DNA from: Hormiphora californensis
Taxonomy: Eukaryota > Animalia > Ctenophora
Assembly (NCBI GenBank): GCA_020137815.1
Contig: CM035362.1
Span: 3,658,001 to 3,722,000 of the forward strand
Direction of reading: 5' to 3'
DNA: 64,000 nucleotides
A program made the position numbers and the translations under genes. Shown one piece after another: positions 1 to 28,100 of the stretch. Position 1 is the first letter of the stretch, and every line of letters starts with the position of its first letter. Under the pieces are notes generated by a model. It did not search any database. It was not told the DNA's origin and was given only the letters and a program-made list of their open reading frames with translations.

Positions 1-3000
1 TACCTACAAAAAAGGTTTCAAATTTCGGCCCCTTTCGGAACGAAGAAGTGACGGAGGTTTTATGCCAAAAAGGGCAAAATCCCCCCCAAAGGCCGGAGAT
101 ACTTTCGCCCAGGGGGCCAAAAAAAAAAAAATACGGCTGTCCGCGGGGGAAAAAAAGTTTTCGATACTCCCCCCACCTATTGCCGCTCTTCCCAAATTCA
201 GGCCCCGGGGAAATTTCCCCAAGAAAAGGGCGTCGTTTTCAGAATCCCAAAAACCCCCCACGAGTTTCAGTGGACGAGAATCTCAATTTTCAAACGGAAC
301 GGAAACCCCGGTCTTTTGGTTTTTCGGAAGGGTGAGACGAACTATGCTAGGGATACGGAGTACCCGATCCCCAAAAACCGAGTGGGAGCTCCAATGGGCA
401 CCCGTGAAAACCCCCACGATTTGAAAGGGGCTTTTTTTGAGAGAGGGTTTGGGAGAAGGGGGTGAGAAAGGAAAAAAAGAGGGTTTGAAAAAAAGGTTCG
501 AGAGTAAGAGACGATACGCCCGACCTTTAAATCAAAAGGAGAGATCGTTAGGGCTGTTTTCCCACGGGGAAATATTTCTGTTAAAGCAAAGGGGTCTAAG
601 TCCGGAAGGGGGATACGTGCTGGAAACCGGGGTTTATTAGGATATATAAGAAATGAGAAAACTCCTTTCAGGCCCCTTGGGAGTTTCTGAAAAAAATGGT
701 TTTTTAAAGGGGATCACTTTAGATGCCCAGGTTGAGATACCGGGGATATAATGGGTTTTTAAAAGGAAATGACAGAGGAGTAGGGGTCGGTTTGGGGGCT
801 GGCTCTGATGTTCCCTCGTCGCTGGCTTTTTTCGATTTGTACTTTTTTTGCTAGTGCGTTTTTTTTAAAATATGAAAGCTTCTGTTGGGGCCCGTTAACC
901 CCATATTTTGCTGCGTTTATCGTTCAGAGTGAGTGTTTTGGAATTTTAGGGGGCAAGAAACCTTTCAGCATTTATCGATAAGTTTCAGGAGAGCGGGTTA
1001 CCAGAAATGGTATTTTCGGGGATTTTAATTCCCCCTCTTTAAGGGTTTAGGGTCACAGTCCCAGTTTATCAGGGCCCAATACAATGTTGGGATGGCTTTA
1101 GGACATAATTTTTTTATCCCCGGGGTTTTTAGGGCCCACCCCGGGGCAAAAATACGTTGGATCTGTGTTCCCAAAACCCCCAAAAACCCCCCGGGCTTTC
1201 TTTAGCGTTTTTTCCCTTACAGATGGGGTGTACCCGATTTACTGTGGGTATCAGTCACCTCAAAACCCTTTAACCCCCCCGGTCCCGTAAGTCTATTTTG
1301 CCGGCAAAATGGAAGGTTTTCGGCAAAATGGATTCCATTCAGCGGACTTTTTGGGGTATTGATGTGACCTTGAAACTTTTGGGGTTGGGACAAACTGTTT
1401 TTTGAGTGTGAGGATCTGGGGGGATGAGGATGGTCCTGTTTTTGGGAAAATGTTTTGAAAATTTGAGTGTTCAAGGTGGTTTTGCACTTTTCCCAGTGAA
1501 GAAAAAGCGAAAGGGCTTGTAGACAAGGAAAATCAGGCATTTGAATAGAAAGGGGGGTAAACTTGATAAAAGTAAGGGAAAGGTTTATAAAAAGGGGGAA
1601 ATTTGGTGAGGGGTTGTTTAATTTGGGGGAAAAAAAAAAAACCCCTTGATATCAAGGGGCCCAAAAAAGTGGAGGGAAGGGTGTGGGGGCTTCAAGGAAA
1701 ACCCCAAGTACTTTTTTCCCCCGTTAAAAAAAAATCCAAGGTTTTAAAAACCCCAGTTGCCCCTTTAGCGTGCGGGGGTTCCTTAAAATGTGGACCCCCC
1801 GGGAAGGTAAAAACCCAAAAAAACCCGTTTTTGGGCCCTCTTCAGCAAACCGGCGACGGGGTATTTATCCCTCTGTGGCAAGGGGGGAAAAATTTTAGGA
1901 CCTTTGGGGAGATTTCCCGAGACCATTTGGGTTTTTCACGGAATTGGGAAATTTTTCCCCCCGAGTGGGACTAGAGGAGCTTAAAACCCCTTTTTGGGCC
2001 CCACCTCCGGGTTTCATTTCCTTTGTTTCATTTTGAAAAAGATTTTTAAAAGCAGGGGCTTTTCCTATATGGAGTTATGGGAAAAAGTCATTTGAAGATG
2101 GGGTGTTCCCAAAATTTTTTAAAGCAGCATTATAAAACCAAACTTTAAAAAAGGGTCGAAGTTCCCACGGAAAAAATTTTCGCCCTGTGTCGATCACCCG
2201 TCACCTATCGAAGGGGGGTTTTTAGCGGTGTCAGGGAAAAAAGAAAGTGATTATTGGATGAGAGCAGGTTTCAGAGGGAAACGCAACCCCGGTTTCGAAA
2301 GGGACGTAGTATTTTGTTTCCCCAATGTAAACTTGTTGACACATCCAATGAAAATCTGTGGAGGGTAGAGGGAAATTGATGTTCTCTATTTTGACTTTTT
2401 TAAAGTTTTTGATTTGGGGGTTCAATGTGGTTTCTAGCTAAGTTTGAAAAGGTACGGGGGTTGGGGGAAAAAAAATTTATCAGTGGGAAACAGCGCGTGG
2501 ATCCCGGGCAGGCAGCAGTGTGTGAGGGGATGGGTTTTGGTCCCAGGGGGGGAGGGGCTCAGCGGGGTGGGAAAGGGGAGTTTTCCCGGGGCCCTTCCTT
2601 CCGATTTTTAAAACTGGACCGGGGAAACGTTCCCGGATGGAAATAGTGTTCCCTTTGGGATGATAAAAAAGGGAAGAAAACCAAAAGATATTTTGGGTCA
2701 GGGGGTTTTACAATCTGATCTTTTGGGAAGGGGACAGAATGGGCCAAGGGTAAAACCTTTGGTGCTACCCCTGATCAGAAATTTTAAAAATCCTGAGTTT
2801 TCAGACTCTTTAACAAGTCGGCAATCTACAAGGAATTCCCTTTTTCAGTTGACATATGTTCGTATACCACAAATCTGGAGTACAACTGTTTCCTGAAGCT
2901 GATGTCCGTGACTTGGGTGTCCAGATGTCCTCGGATGGTTCTTGGTCTAAGCACATTGCCACCATTGTGAGGAGAGCCTCTCTCCTATCTGGGTGGATTT

Positions 3001-3689
3001 TCAGTGTTTTTCGAGATCGTTCACCAGAGGTAATGTTGCAACTCTTCAAATCACTGGTCAGACCAATTTTGGAGTATTGTTGTCTGGTCTGGGATCCGTC
3101 AAAGTCTGGGGACATCAAGTCAATTGAGAACGTCCAACGGTGTTTTACTAGAAGACTTGATGGAATGCAGAATCTCGACTATTGGGAGAGATTAAAAGTT
3201 CTCAACCTGATGTCTCTTCAACGTAGGAGACAACGTTACATGTTGATACATGTGTGGAAGACGATCCATGGGTTTGTTCCGAATTCTGCAAATCTTGTGT
3301 TCCAACACAGTGCAAGGCTGGGTATGAGGTTAGTCCCACCAGTGTTTCCTTATCGGGCTGAGACCTGGAGAGCGAATCAGTACCATTCTTCCTTCGGACC
3401 GAGAGCTGCTCACCTGTGGAACAGGTTGCCAGCGGCCGTTAACTCTTGCGGAAGCTTAGGTCAATTCAAATCATCCCTGGGCAATTACTTGACAGGCTTT
3501 TATGACCGTCCCCCTGTCAGAGGCTATCCATCACTTCCCAATGATATTTCCCCTCAATGTGCTGTAAATGTCTGAGAGTGGCTGAGAGGTGATACGTGTT
3601 TAATTTATTTAGGTGGACCCACTAAGGGAAGGCCTGTTGTGTACACTAAAACTTTTATTGTAAACTTGTAAACTTGTAAACTTGTAAAA
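1..3689 (+). mobile_element. CR1-group LINE (RT-bearing ORF2), 3' end intact, upstream 2.8 kb corrupted by homopolymer errors
   Basis: ORF 2856-3575 is a typical LINE RT C-terminus (VRDLGVQMSSD..., LFKSLVRPILEYCCLVWDP, LNLMSLQRRRQR). Garbled RT motifs are recognisable upstream (NFRPVS near 2180, DVLYxDF near 2380). The element ends in an 8-bp tandem tail (TTGTAAAC)x3-4 at 3658-3689, as in CR1 elements. Confidence 0.85.
2856..3575 (+). CDS. C-terminal part of non-LTR retrotransposon reverse transcriptase ORF
   Basis: 239-aa ORF with LINE RT thumb/C-terminal motifs (DLGV, RPILEY, ENVQR, LWNRLP). Confidence 0.85.
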   Translation: MFVYHKSGVQLFPEADVRDLGVQMSSDGSWSKHIATIVRRASLLSGWIFSVFRDRSPEVMLQLFKSLVRPILEYCCLVWDPSKSGDIKSIENVQRCFTRRLDGMQNLDYWERLKVLNLMSLQRRRQRYMLIHVWKTIHGFVPNSANLVFQHSARLGMRLVPPVFPYRAETWRANQYHSSFGPRAAHLWNRLPAAVNSCGSLGQFKSSLGNYLTGFYDRPPVRGYPSLPNDISPQCAVNV

Positions 3690-3997
3690 AATAATTAAGG
3701 CTATCAACAAAAACATGACCACCTCTCAAGAACACACATTTAAAACTGACTTTATTTTACAGTACAAAAGTTCGATTATTAGTCAAATAAAAATAAACCC
3801 CAACAAAAACAAAATTACACAGTCCACACAAAAGTCTTCACACACATTTTACGCTTTACAAAATTAAATTTAAATTTATAAGCCCATATAAATTATAAAA
3901 CACTTAATTTCAACACGGCACTGCTGCCTGACCAAACAACTATTTACATATACTGTTTACAACTATTCAAAGTCCAGTGCTATAGTATCACATGACA

Positions 3998-19075
<15,078 letters not shown>

Positions 19076-19846
19076 ACTGCTGCAGCCAGAGCTGTTCTTA
19101 TTATGAGGGGACAAGTTAGGATCTTTCAAATACCCATTGAATTGTGGAACTGTTGTAAGTAGAACTATGTAAGGATAGAACTAGCAAGGAAAAGTACAAC
19201 AAATCAACACCGTATCATTTCAATAAACATCTCAAAGAAAACAAAAGCCTAACGAGAAATAAAGATCCTGGCCTGAAAAATACCAAGAGGGGCGTGTAAA
19301 TAATTAAAACAAAGCCGAGTATTGATACAACTATATCGACAAGTTCAATCAATACATTATGATGTGATTACGTTTACCATGTTTATCGCTTTATTATCTG
19401 CAACCCTTCATTAAGTTGGGTCAGTGCTCCGCAATAAATAGTTTATTAGTTTATGTAATCACAGCAAGTTAATTGAATTCTCAAACTTCGCCCTTCGATT
19501 ATCGATTCGAATTTAGAGGAGCTGATCTATGTGCTATACTGCGACCCTAGGCCTAGTTAGACGAAGCTTACATCATGTTGTCGATACTAAATTTAGAGTG
19601 ATATAGTGGGAAGCGAAAGGAAGAGAAAATATATGCTGGATATAAAGTAAGCAACTCACGGTGCCATGGTCAGCTCCAATAACGTATTAATTTTACAGAC
19701 ACACTGGAGAGGTCAAGGCAATTAAGCATTCCTCACATGCACATGAAGGTCGAAGGTATAATAGAGGGGGGGGGGGGGGGTAAAACTAAAAAAGGCTAAT
19801 GGTACCCTGATTTTGGTCGATGGCCTTTTTCATGTTAGCTTTTTTA

Positions 19847-20411
19847 TACGGAGATCTGTTAGAGTCTCGCGGCGTGTTCCGAACCATGTTGTCAGACATT
19901 GAAAACAAGATTTTTAAGCTTAACAAGAATTATTGCATTATGTATTCATAATGCGGTGTTTCCCTGCCCTCCGTCGACAGGATCAGTATCACACTATCAG
20001 TATCACAATATCAAGGCTTGGTCACAATGTGAGATGCATGCGTCCTGTATGTATATGCAGTTACACAGCTGTTTTACTCTACCCTCACCCCTTCAGCAAC
20101 AGTGTTGTGAGCGCCGCGCACAGCTTTGAAAAATAAGCGTCCTGACATCATATTTCATCAAAACAGTTATTTGATTTTATGAAGGAGCAGTTACTATGCT
20201 GCTACCGTGACACACGCGATTTTGACCACGCTCGAGTTACTATTTCAAATCCGAGATTTCTAAACCCTTTATGATCTTTTTAGCACACGTGCTAAAACGA
20301 TCATCCGGGTGGATGCCCTTCGGGCATCCACCCGGGCAGGGAAAAAATCTTGTTTTCAATGTCTGACAACATGGTTCGGAACACGCCGCGAGACTCTAAC
20401 AGATCTCCGTA
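19847..20411. mobile_element. Non-autonomous DNA transposon with about 70-bp perfect TIRs, TA-flanked
   Basis: TACGGAGATCTGTTAGAGTCTCGCGG...AAACAAGATTTTT is inverted at 20342-20411. The interior (20215-20300) is related in reverse to 51855-51960. Confidence 0.85.
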
Positions 20412-21258
20412 TAATCACTCCGCGGCAGGCAATACAGCGAAAGCTGTCTCAACAATTAGCTTTTTTAGCCTTTTTAGCCCTTTTCAAAAATATAAATTTT
20501 CTTAAAATAGGAGTAGAGAAAAATCTAGGGGTTCTAAAGTGTGTAGCGTCCTCGCATTAGTGGGGGTAGGTGCCGGAATTAAGTCTCTATCTCATCTGGT
20601 TAATTATGTAATTGGATAATTAGGTTTGCGCATAACCGTTTTTCACTGGTGCAATTTTGCAGGTAATGACCAAGTTATGGGGGGGGGGGGGGGGGGGGGG
20701 GGGGTCGTCGTCGGAATTTTAAGCTCTATCTCCAACTACCGCTTTAAACTTAAAGGTGCTCAAAATCGGACGTTTTACCTTTTTTTGCTCATTTTGACAA
20801 ATAAAGACCCGTTTAACATCTGGTGCAAATCCTTCCGAAGTAGCATACACACTTGCTTTGGTGTGTTTTACTGTTTTGTGTAGTTGAGATGTAGTTGGGG
20901 GGTTGGGGAAAAGTACCCGTACATCGAGGAAGAACACCTTAGTCACTGACAATATGTGTCCATCTCAGTTCACACGTTAAAACAGCTGTTTGTATCCTGC
21001 ATATACCTGATTATGGCATGGTCTGTGTTATTTTCAGCCCCACATGGCACATCCAGTGATTCACCACTGATTCACCGGATGTTCACTGGCAGTGAATATC
21101 CGGGTCCCGGGATGTGTGTCAGGTGTCTGTCATGCCCCACGGCCTATCCAGAGTTTTCATGTTACTGTATGTGACGCGCGATACCCTCCCAACGCCACTC
21201 TTCGCGCGCACGTCGTCACATGTGGGGCCGCTATATCTCCCTGTGGAGCAGGGAGGTA

Positions 21259-21479
21259 AAGTCGGATTTTTTGAAACTGTCACCCCCCTGGGTACTTTCA
21301 AACTTCGTAAATGACCATAACACCGGTTCCTGACGAGATAGAGACTTGAAATTTGGAGGTTACGAAGATCTTGCTAAGTTCTTCCGAACCTCCAAATTTC
21401 AAGTCTCTATCTTATCAGGAACCGGAGATATGGCAAATTTTGTTATTTCAGGGGGTGACAGTTTCAAAAAATCCGACTT
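21259..21479. mobile_element. Foldback MITE family C (AAGTCGGATTTTTTGAAACTGTCACCCCC TIR, TA TSD)
   Basis: Near-complete hairpin. Other copies at 36676-36827, 43256-43475, 43949-44099, 47209-47428; solo ends at about 31692-31727 and 43211-43240. Confidence 0.9.
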
Positions 21480-21925
21480 TATTATACCAACGATTTTATT
21501 TTATATAATTAAAAAATCAGTTTTTGTGAAAACCTTTGTCAAGCCACTAAACACATAACACAATGCAATACTCACATATAACATACGACACTGTACAAAT
21601 CACCTCACTCTCTTTCCAAAATCCAAGTCTCTCAGTTTCATTATTGACTACTCAACTGGCCAACTGGCCAACTTTTACTGGCCTAATTTGCAGTTAGAAT
21701 AGTAGAATCTCTATCTAAATCTCTATCTAAATTTAATCTCTAAAAACAACTACCCAGGCTGGGTATTGAATACTCAAATACTCAACTTTCTGCACCCGGG
21801 TACCCAGCTCTACTAACACTTACTACAATACACAATTCCATCTCAAAATCCCTTTTAAACCCATTTCGCCACTCAATAAGTCTTGTCCAATGAATGATAG
21901 TTAACGATTTGTTAATTGATTTTAA

Positions 21926-22087
21926 CTAAACATGACGCCTAACTCCAACATATGCCTTTTCGGGGGTATTTCGAATGACAGCAGACGCCTCGGAGCTGAT
22001 ACCTTGACCTCGTTGTCCACCACGGATGGGCTTGGCTGTGGGGAGAGAAAATATTTATTAGGAATTTGTTATGTTGTAATCCTGCTT

Positions 22088-22155
<68 letters not shown>

Positions 22156-25100
22156 ACAAACAGACAACCCCATTGAGGCCTGCAAGCCCGACTTAGTTCT
22201 TGTGGACAAACGGAAAAAAGAGGCACTCCTCATTGATGTTGCCGTACCGAAAGACCGGTTAGTCTCAGACAGGGAGGTGGAGAAGATCGAGAAGTACCAA
22301 GAACTACGGAGAGAGATCACGAGAATTTGGGAGCTCAAAAAGGCCACGGTCATTCCCATCGTGATTGGAGCTCTTGGCGGAGTTAGCCCCCGACTGGAGA
22401 AGTACTTGCAGGCTATAACCCGGCAAATCTACCCCTCACAGCTCCAAAAATCAGTCCTCTTCAACTCGATGAACACGCTCCGGAAAGTTCTCGACATGTA
22501 ATCAACCTCCGGATACCCCCCCCCCCCCCCATTTTGTATTTTCACCCGTTCCTGCTTGTTTTAGGCTGCCTTAGATTCCGTTCCAGAAATTTGCTTCTTC
22601 GGCTCCTGATAGGTTGAATCTTCTTAGTCTCCGTTGCAGAAGGTTGGGCCTCTTTCCAGATAGTTTAGAAGGTCTTGTGCTCCGTCACCATGAGCTTTAT
22701 TCCCCCTTGTTTATTTTTTATCCTTACTTTACCCCATATGTACATTGTTCAACATACCCTTATGTACATTGTTCTACCTACCTTTACTCCGCAGGCCCTC
22801 CGGGCCCTCAGATCCAACAACAACAGATCCGGGCTCGGGGGATTTAACCCTGCTCTCGCACGGGGCCTCACGGCCCCGTGTGGGAGTGGTGCGTGTAGTG
22901 GACCGAGAGAGAGAGAGAGGGGGGGGGGGGTCGAACAAAGCGGCGTGGGAATGCAAACAGATCTACTGAATCACTATTCACTCTGTAATCCTTACCGATA
23001 TAAGCAGAGGGTTTTTGGTTGGGCGTCTTTTTCAGCCGATTCCAGCTCTTGAACTGCTCCATCTCCTTCTGGTGTCTGTGAAACATGAAACTGGGGTTAT
23101 TGGACTAACATGAAGATAATTGGTTAATTAATTGGTTAATTAATTAATTAATAAAATGAGTAACATATATCTGCCATCGCCTGATCTGACCTCCGTCATC
23201 AGATCGGTGCTCACTAGGTCATGGCCTCCACAACAAATTTAGCAGGAACCGACCGACACAAGTAAACAACCAATCAGAACTCGTTATTTAGGTCACGTGA
23301 CTGGTTATCAGCCAATCAGGGATCAGTATTTCCTGATTCGGTCGGTTCCTGGAATTTAGACCGGTGACGTTCATACCTTTGTCGTTCAGCAATGCCCCGT
23401 TCTTTACTTTCCTTGAGGGCAACTTCCTAACTGCTTTCACCCGCTCAATCTTTGCCATGAGTCCTCCGTTCCATTTTCGGAAGCTCGCACCGCAACTCCG
23501 AGTTATCACGAACCAGCTTTAGGGAGAGAGAGTTGAAATTAAAAGAAGGGCAGTGATTTGAGGGCTGAATATAATCGTCATAATTCCTTCTGTGATGTTT
23601 GAGCTAAACGAGCTATCATACCGAATAACTCAACAATAAAATTAAAACATGCTGCACTACTATAATAATAACGACAAGAATTATAATATCAACTTTCCCC
23701 ACGCTGTACCTGTTTATGTACATTGGTTAGCTGATCCAGGTTATTTTCCAGGAACGCAATTCGTTGCCGCTCAATCGTACTGGCAGAGTCTTCCTCGATA
23801 GCTTGAGCATTAGTCTGGGGGGAGGTGAACTAGATATTAGTAAACAACCAATCAGAACTCGTTATTTAGGTCACGTGATTGGTTATCAGCCAATCAGGGA
23901 CCAGTATTTCCTGATTCGGTCGGTTCCTGTTGGTTACCTGTTTTATCCTACTTTGTAGGTCATCAACAAATGCCACCCGCAGACTATTTATATTGGCTAA
24001 CTCCTTATTCGCTATCTCCTCTATTCCTCTCGTTTCCTGAAAACAAGGATTTAAAAGTCCTAAACACATAGTATATCTTACCACCTCTTGAATTGATGTT
24101 GGTGAAAATGCTCGACAGTTAAACTGGAGCTTGTTACAAGTTAAAGAGATATCTGCTCATAGTTTGGGTTACAAAAGACCGAAAAAGACCCGAAAAACAC
24201 AATACATGTCGACCGTTTCAGGAAATTTCTTTTTTACAGCCACGGGCATGAACCTTACCTGTCGTGCTCTGGCCTTGAGGTCCAACTGGAGTTCCAGTTC
24301 ATTCAGCTTCTTAGTCACCAGCTCCTTCTTCATACATTCCTCCTCCAGTTGTGCTCGGAGTTTGCTCTGTCGTGCTTGTTCCTCTTGAGTCTTTCTACAA
24401 GAGATTTACACGCATGTATTGTGTGAACTATTTTCAGCTAAAATAGTGAGAATGAGACCGATAATTTCACCTAAAAGCGAAAAAGAGACCGATATTATTT
24501 TCACAATATGATCTTACGTTTCAAGGTGCTTCTGTTGTCGTTCCCGGTCAGCTATTTCTTCCTTTAAAGAGGACAACTGCCGCTGATAGCTGTCGCGGGT
24601 GTTCTCAATTTGTTGCTCCAGTGCAGACTGAAAAGAGGGAGAGGTTAATTAATTAATTAATTAATTAATTAATTAATTAATTAATTAATTAGTAGGAAGG
24701 GATAAGTCCTAAGCGGAAGAATCACACCAATTTCCAAGGAATGTAAATGAATCATATTCCACGATCTCTCACCTTCAATTCATTAGCTTCCTTTTTCCCT
24801 TGGTTCACAGAGGCCACTCTATCCTCCTCCAGATCTGCCAGCCTGGTACATTCTGAGTTGAGGAATGCGATCTCCTCCTCTAGCTTCCTCTTCCGGGCTC
24901 CAACCTCCTTCAGCTCTTGTTCCAGCTGGGTGGATCTGGGGAAGAGAGGATCAGGGGTGGACCTGAGGGGTGGACCTGGGGACCTGAGGGGTGGACCTGG
25001 GGAAGAGAGGATCAGGGGTGGACCTGGGGGTGGACCTGGGGACCTGAGGGGTGGACCTGGGGAAGAGAGGATGGGTGGACCTGGGGACCTGAGGGGTGGA

Positions 25101-28100
25101 TCTGGGGAAGAGAGGAGGGGTTTTGTTTGGTGACACCCCTACACTAGCTGCGAAGCAGGCTGAGGGGATGTCATCACCAGGAACCGACCGAAACAGGTAA
25201 ACAACCAATCAGAACTCGTTATTTAGGTCACGTGACTGGTTATCAGCCAATCAGGGACCAGTGTTTCCTGATTCGGTCGGTTCCTGGTCATCACCAAGGG
25301 TTTTGTTATCTCTGCGAACTAAGAATGAAGAATTAAAAAACTATATTTTGATAGGTAATGTAGAGCGTAAACCCTACCGGCTAGTTGGTAAACGCTACCG
25401 GCTAGTTGGTAAACCCTACCGGCTAGTTGGTAAACCCTACCGGCTAGTTGGTAAACCCTACCGGCTAGTTGGTAAACCCTACCGGCTAGTTGGTAAACCC
25501 TACCGGCTAGTTGGTAAACCCTACCGGCTAGTTGGTAAACCCTACCGGCTAGTTGGTAAACCCTACCGGCTAGTTGGTAAACCCTACCAGCTAGTTGGTA
25601 AACCCTACCGGCTAGTTGGTAAACCCTACCGGCTAGTTGGCTAATCGTAACCTCTCTCGGCCGGCTACATGCGAAATAAGTAACAGGTGGGTAATACCAA
25701 ACCAGCTAGTAATTATGGGGCAGGAACCGACCGAATCAGGAAATACTGGTCCCTGATTGGCTGATAACCAGTCACGTGACCTAAATAACGAGTTCTGATT
25801 GGTTGTTTACTTGTTTCGGTCGGTTCCTGTTATGGGGGTTTCAGGAATCATTTCTCACCTGTTTTCACCCTGTTCTATGGACAACTTGCTATCTCTGATC
25901 TCCTCCTCTAGAGATGAAATCTTCTCTAGGGCGTCGTTGAAATTGGAATTCTGTCGGTTCTTCTCCCCGACCAACCCCTCAACCTGAAAGTGCAGAGCAA
26001 GTAGTCGATAATCGAATATATCTAAATTGAGCCCTAACGTGAGCTCCCACCTAAGACAATGGAGAGCTTTACAGAAAAGGTATAATAATGCAAATACAGA
26101 GCACAGTGCAAAATATCTAATGGACCATGTAAGATTTGATATGAACTCCAAATATGGAATAATTGCGCCATGGTTTTGAGAGAGGAGATGTTAAAAAAAC
26201 ATGGTACGAACAGTACTTTTGGGTACCCCAGGCCGGGGGACTACATAACACTACCACCCAAGCAATGGTATATAACAGTGCTCTATGTAGTGGAAATTGA
26301 CAAACTGCCTACTTATTCAAATTTTATATGAACAGCATTCAAGACTTACCTTGATACGTTATAACCATCATTTGCGGGGTGCGGAGAGAGAGGGTTGAAC
26401 GAGGCAAGACTTACCCTGATCTTTGTTTTGTTCAAGGAGGGTCGAACAAGGCAACCCTGATCTATACTGAACCCTCACACTTCACAGTGCTAATATTAAA
26501 TAAAATGACAGCCATACAATACTAACCACTTGGTAAAGAAATAACCCCTCCCTTGCCAGTGGGCGAAGGTCGCGAGGCGACTGAGAGGGGTTAATTCGAC
26601 AATACTTACCATAGTTTTGGTTTTGTTGGCGTAGACCCTGGCCATGGTAAACTGCTCCTCCACTTTACCGAAGTCCTCATCCACAAGGTTTGAGTCGTGG
26701 TGAGTGTGGACTATCCTTTCACCTACAAACATATGTTGTTCACACCATACAGAGACTCCTCATTACACATTAATTTCTAATAATCGAAACAATTTATAGA
26801 ATTAATGAAACTAATAAAGTTGGTTTAACTAATTCTAAAACATACCAAGAATATCACTAAGCCCACTTAGCTCCTCAATAATCTCTGAGATCCCCTTAGC
26901 ACTACGATTCGTTTGCAGTGTGTATCTTGTTTTCCACTGTTCCAACCCAGTTCTTGCTTTCTCCGCTTCATGCTGAAAAGGGGTGTTGTGAGAGAAAGTT
27001 GTTATGTTCTAACCCTCCCTTTATATTTGTAAAGGTAGCGGGGCGCCCGAAACACAGTCTAGCCAGGCAAAAAGAAAGGGATCCAGTTAGAAGCTCGAGA
27101 CCCGGCCAAACGAGGAAAAGACAGATCTACATATTTAGGGGTTCTTTAGCTGCACCAATTGCTGAGTGGGATCCCTTGGTGTGTGTGTGATGTTATAAAA
27201 AACTTGAGTGTTTCCAGCCCAAAATAGTTCAACCCAAAAAATATTCCCTTACAATCCCAGATCTTACAGTTTTGGCGTCCATTTCAGCGATGATCTGCTT
27301 GTTCTCTTTGATCCTGTTCTCCACTTCCTCTGTTTTCTCGTCCAGGTTTGCTGCTACCTGTATTAAAATTAAACTGGGGGAGGGGGACTCTGCTACCTGC
27401 TACCTGTATTAAAATTAAACTGGGGGAGGGGGACTCTTGGTTTTGGCTGCTACCTGTATTAAAATTAAACTGGGGGAGGTGGACTCTTGGTTTTGGCTGC
27501 TACCTGTATTAAAATTAAACTGGGGGAGGGGGACTCTTGGTTTTGGCTGCTACCTGTATTATGGGGGAGGGGGACTCTTGGTTTTGGCTGCTACCTGTAT
27601 TAAAATTAAACTGGGGGAGGGGGACTCTTGGTTTTGGCTGCTACCTGTATTAAAATTAAACTGGGGGAGGGGGACTCTTGGTTTTGGCTGCTACCTGTAT
27701 TAAAATTAAACAGGGGGAGGGGGACTCTTGGTTTTGGCTGCTACCTGTATTAAAATTAAACTGGGGGAGGGGCACTCTTGGTTTTGGCTGCTACCTGTAT
27801 TAAAATTAAACAGGGGGAGGGGGACTCTTGGTTTTGGCTGCTACCTGTATTAAAATTAAACAGGGGGAGGGGGACTCTTGGTTTTGGCTGCTACCTGTAT
27901 TAAAATTAAACTGGGGGAGGGGCACTCTTGGTTTTGGCTGCTACCTGTATTAAAATTAAACTGGGGGAGGGGCACTCTTGGTTTTGGCTGCTACCTGTAT
28001 TAAAATTAAACTGGGGGAGGGGGACTCTTGGTTTTGGCTGCTACCTGTATTAAAATTAAACTAGGGGAGGGGGACTCTTGGTTTGCTGCTACCTGTATTA

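Noticed and set aside
4-2747. Numerous Lys/Gly/Pro/Phe-rich ORFs
   Set aside because: They arise from homopolymer-corrupted LINE sequence.
25261-25644. Repetitive ORF (KPYRLVG)n; possible CRISPR-like array
   Set aside because: Head-to-tail 21-bp repeats with no unique spacers, inside an intron; no cas genes and a eukaryotic context.
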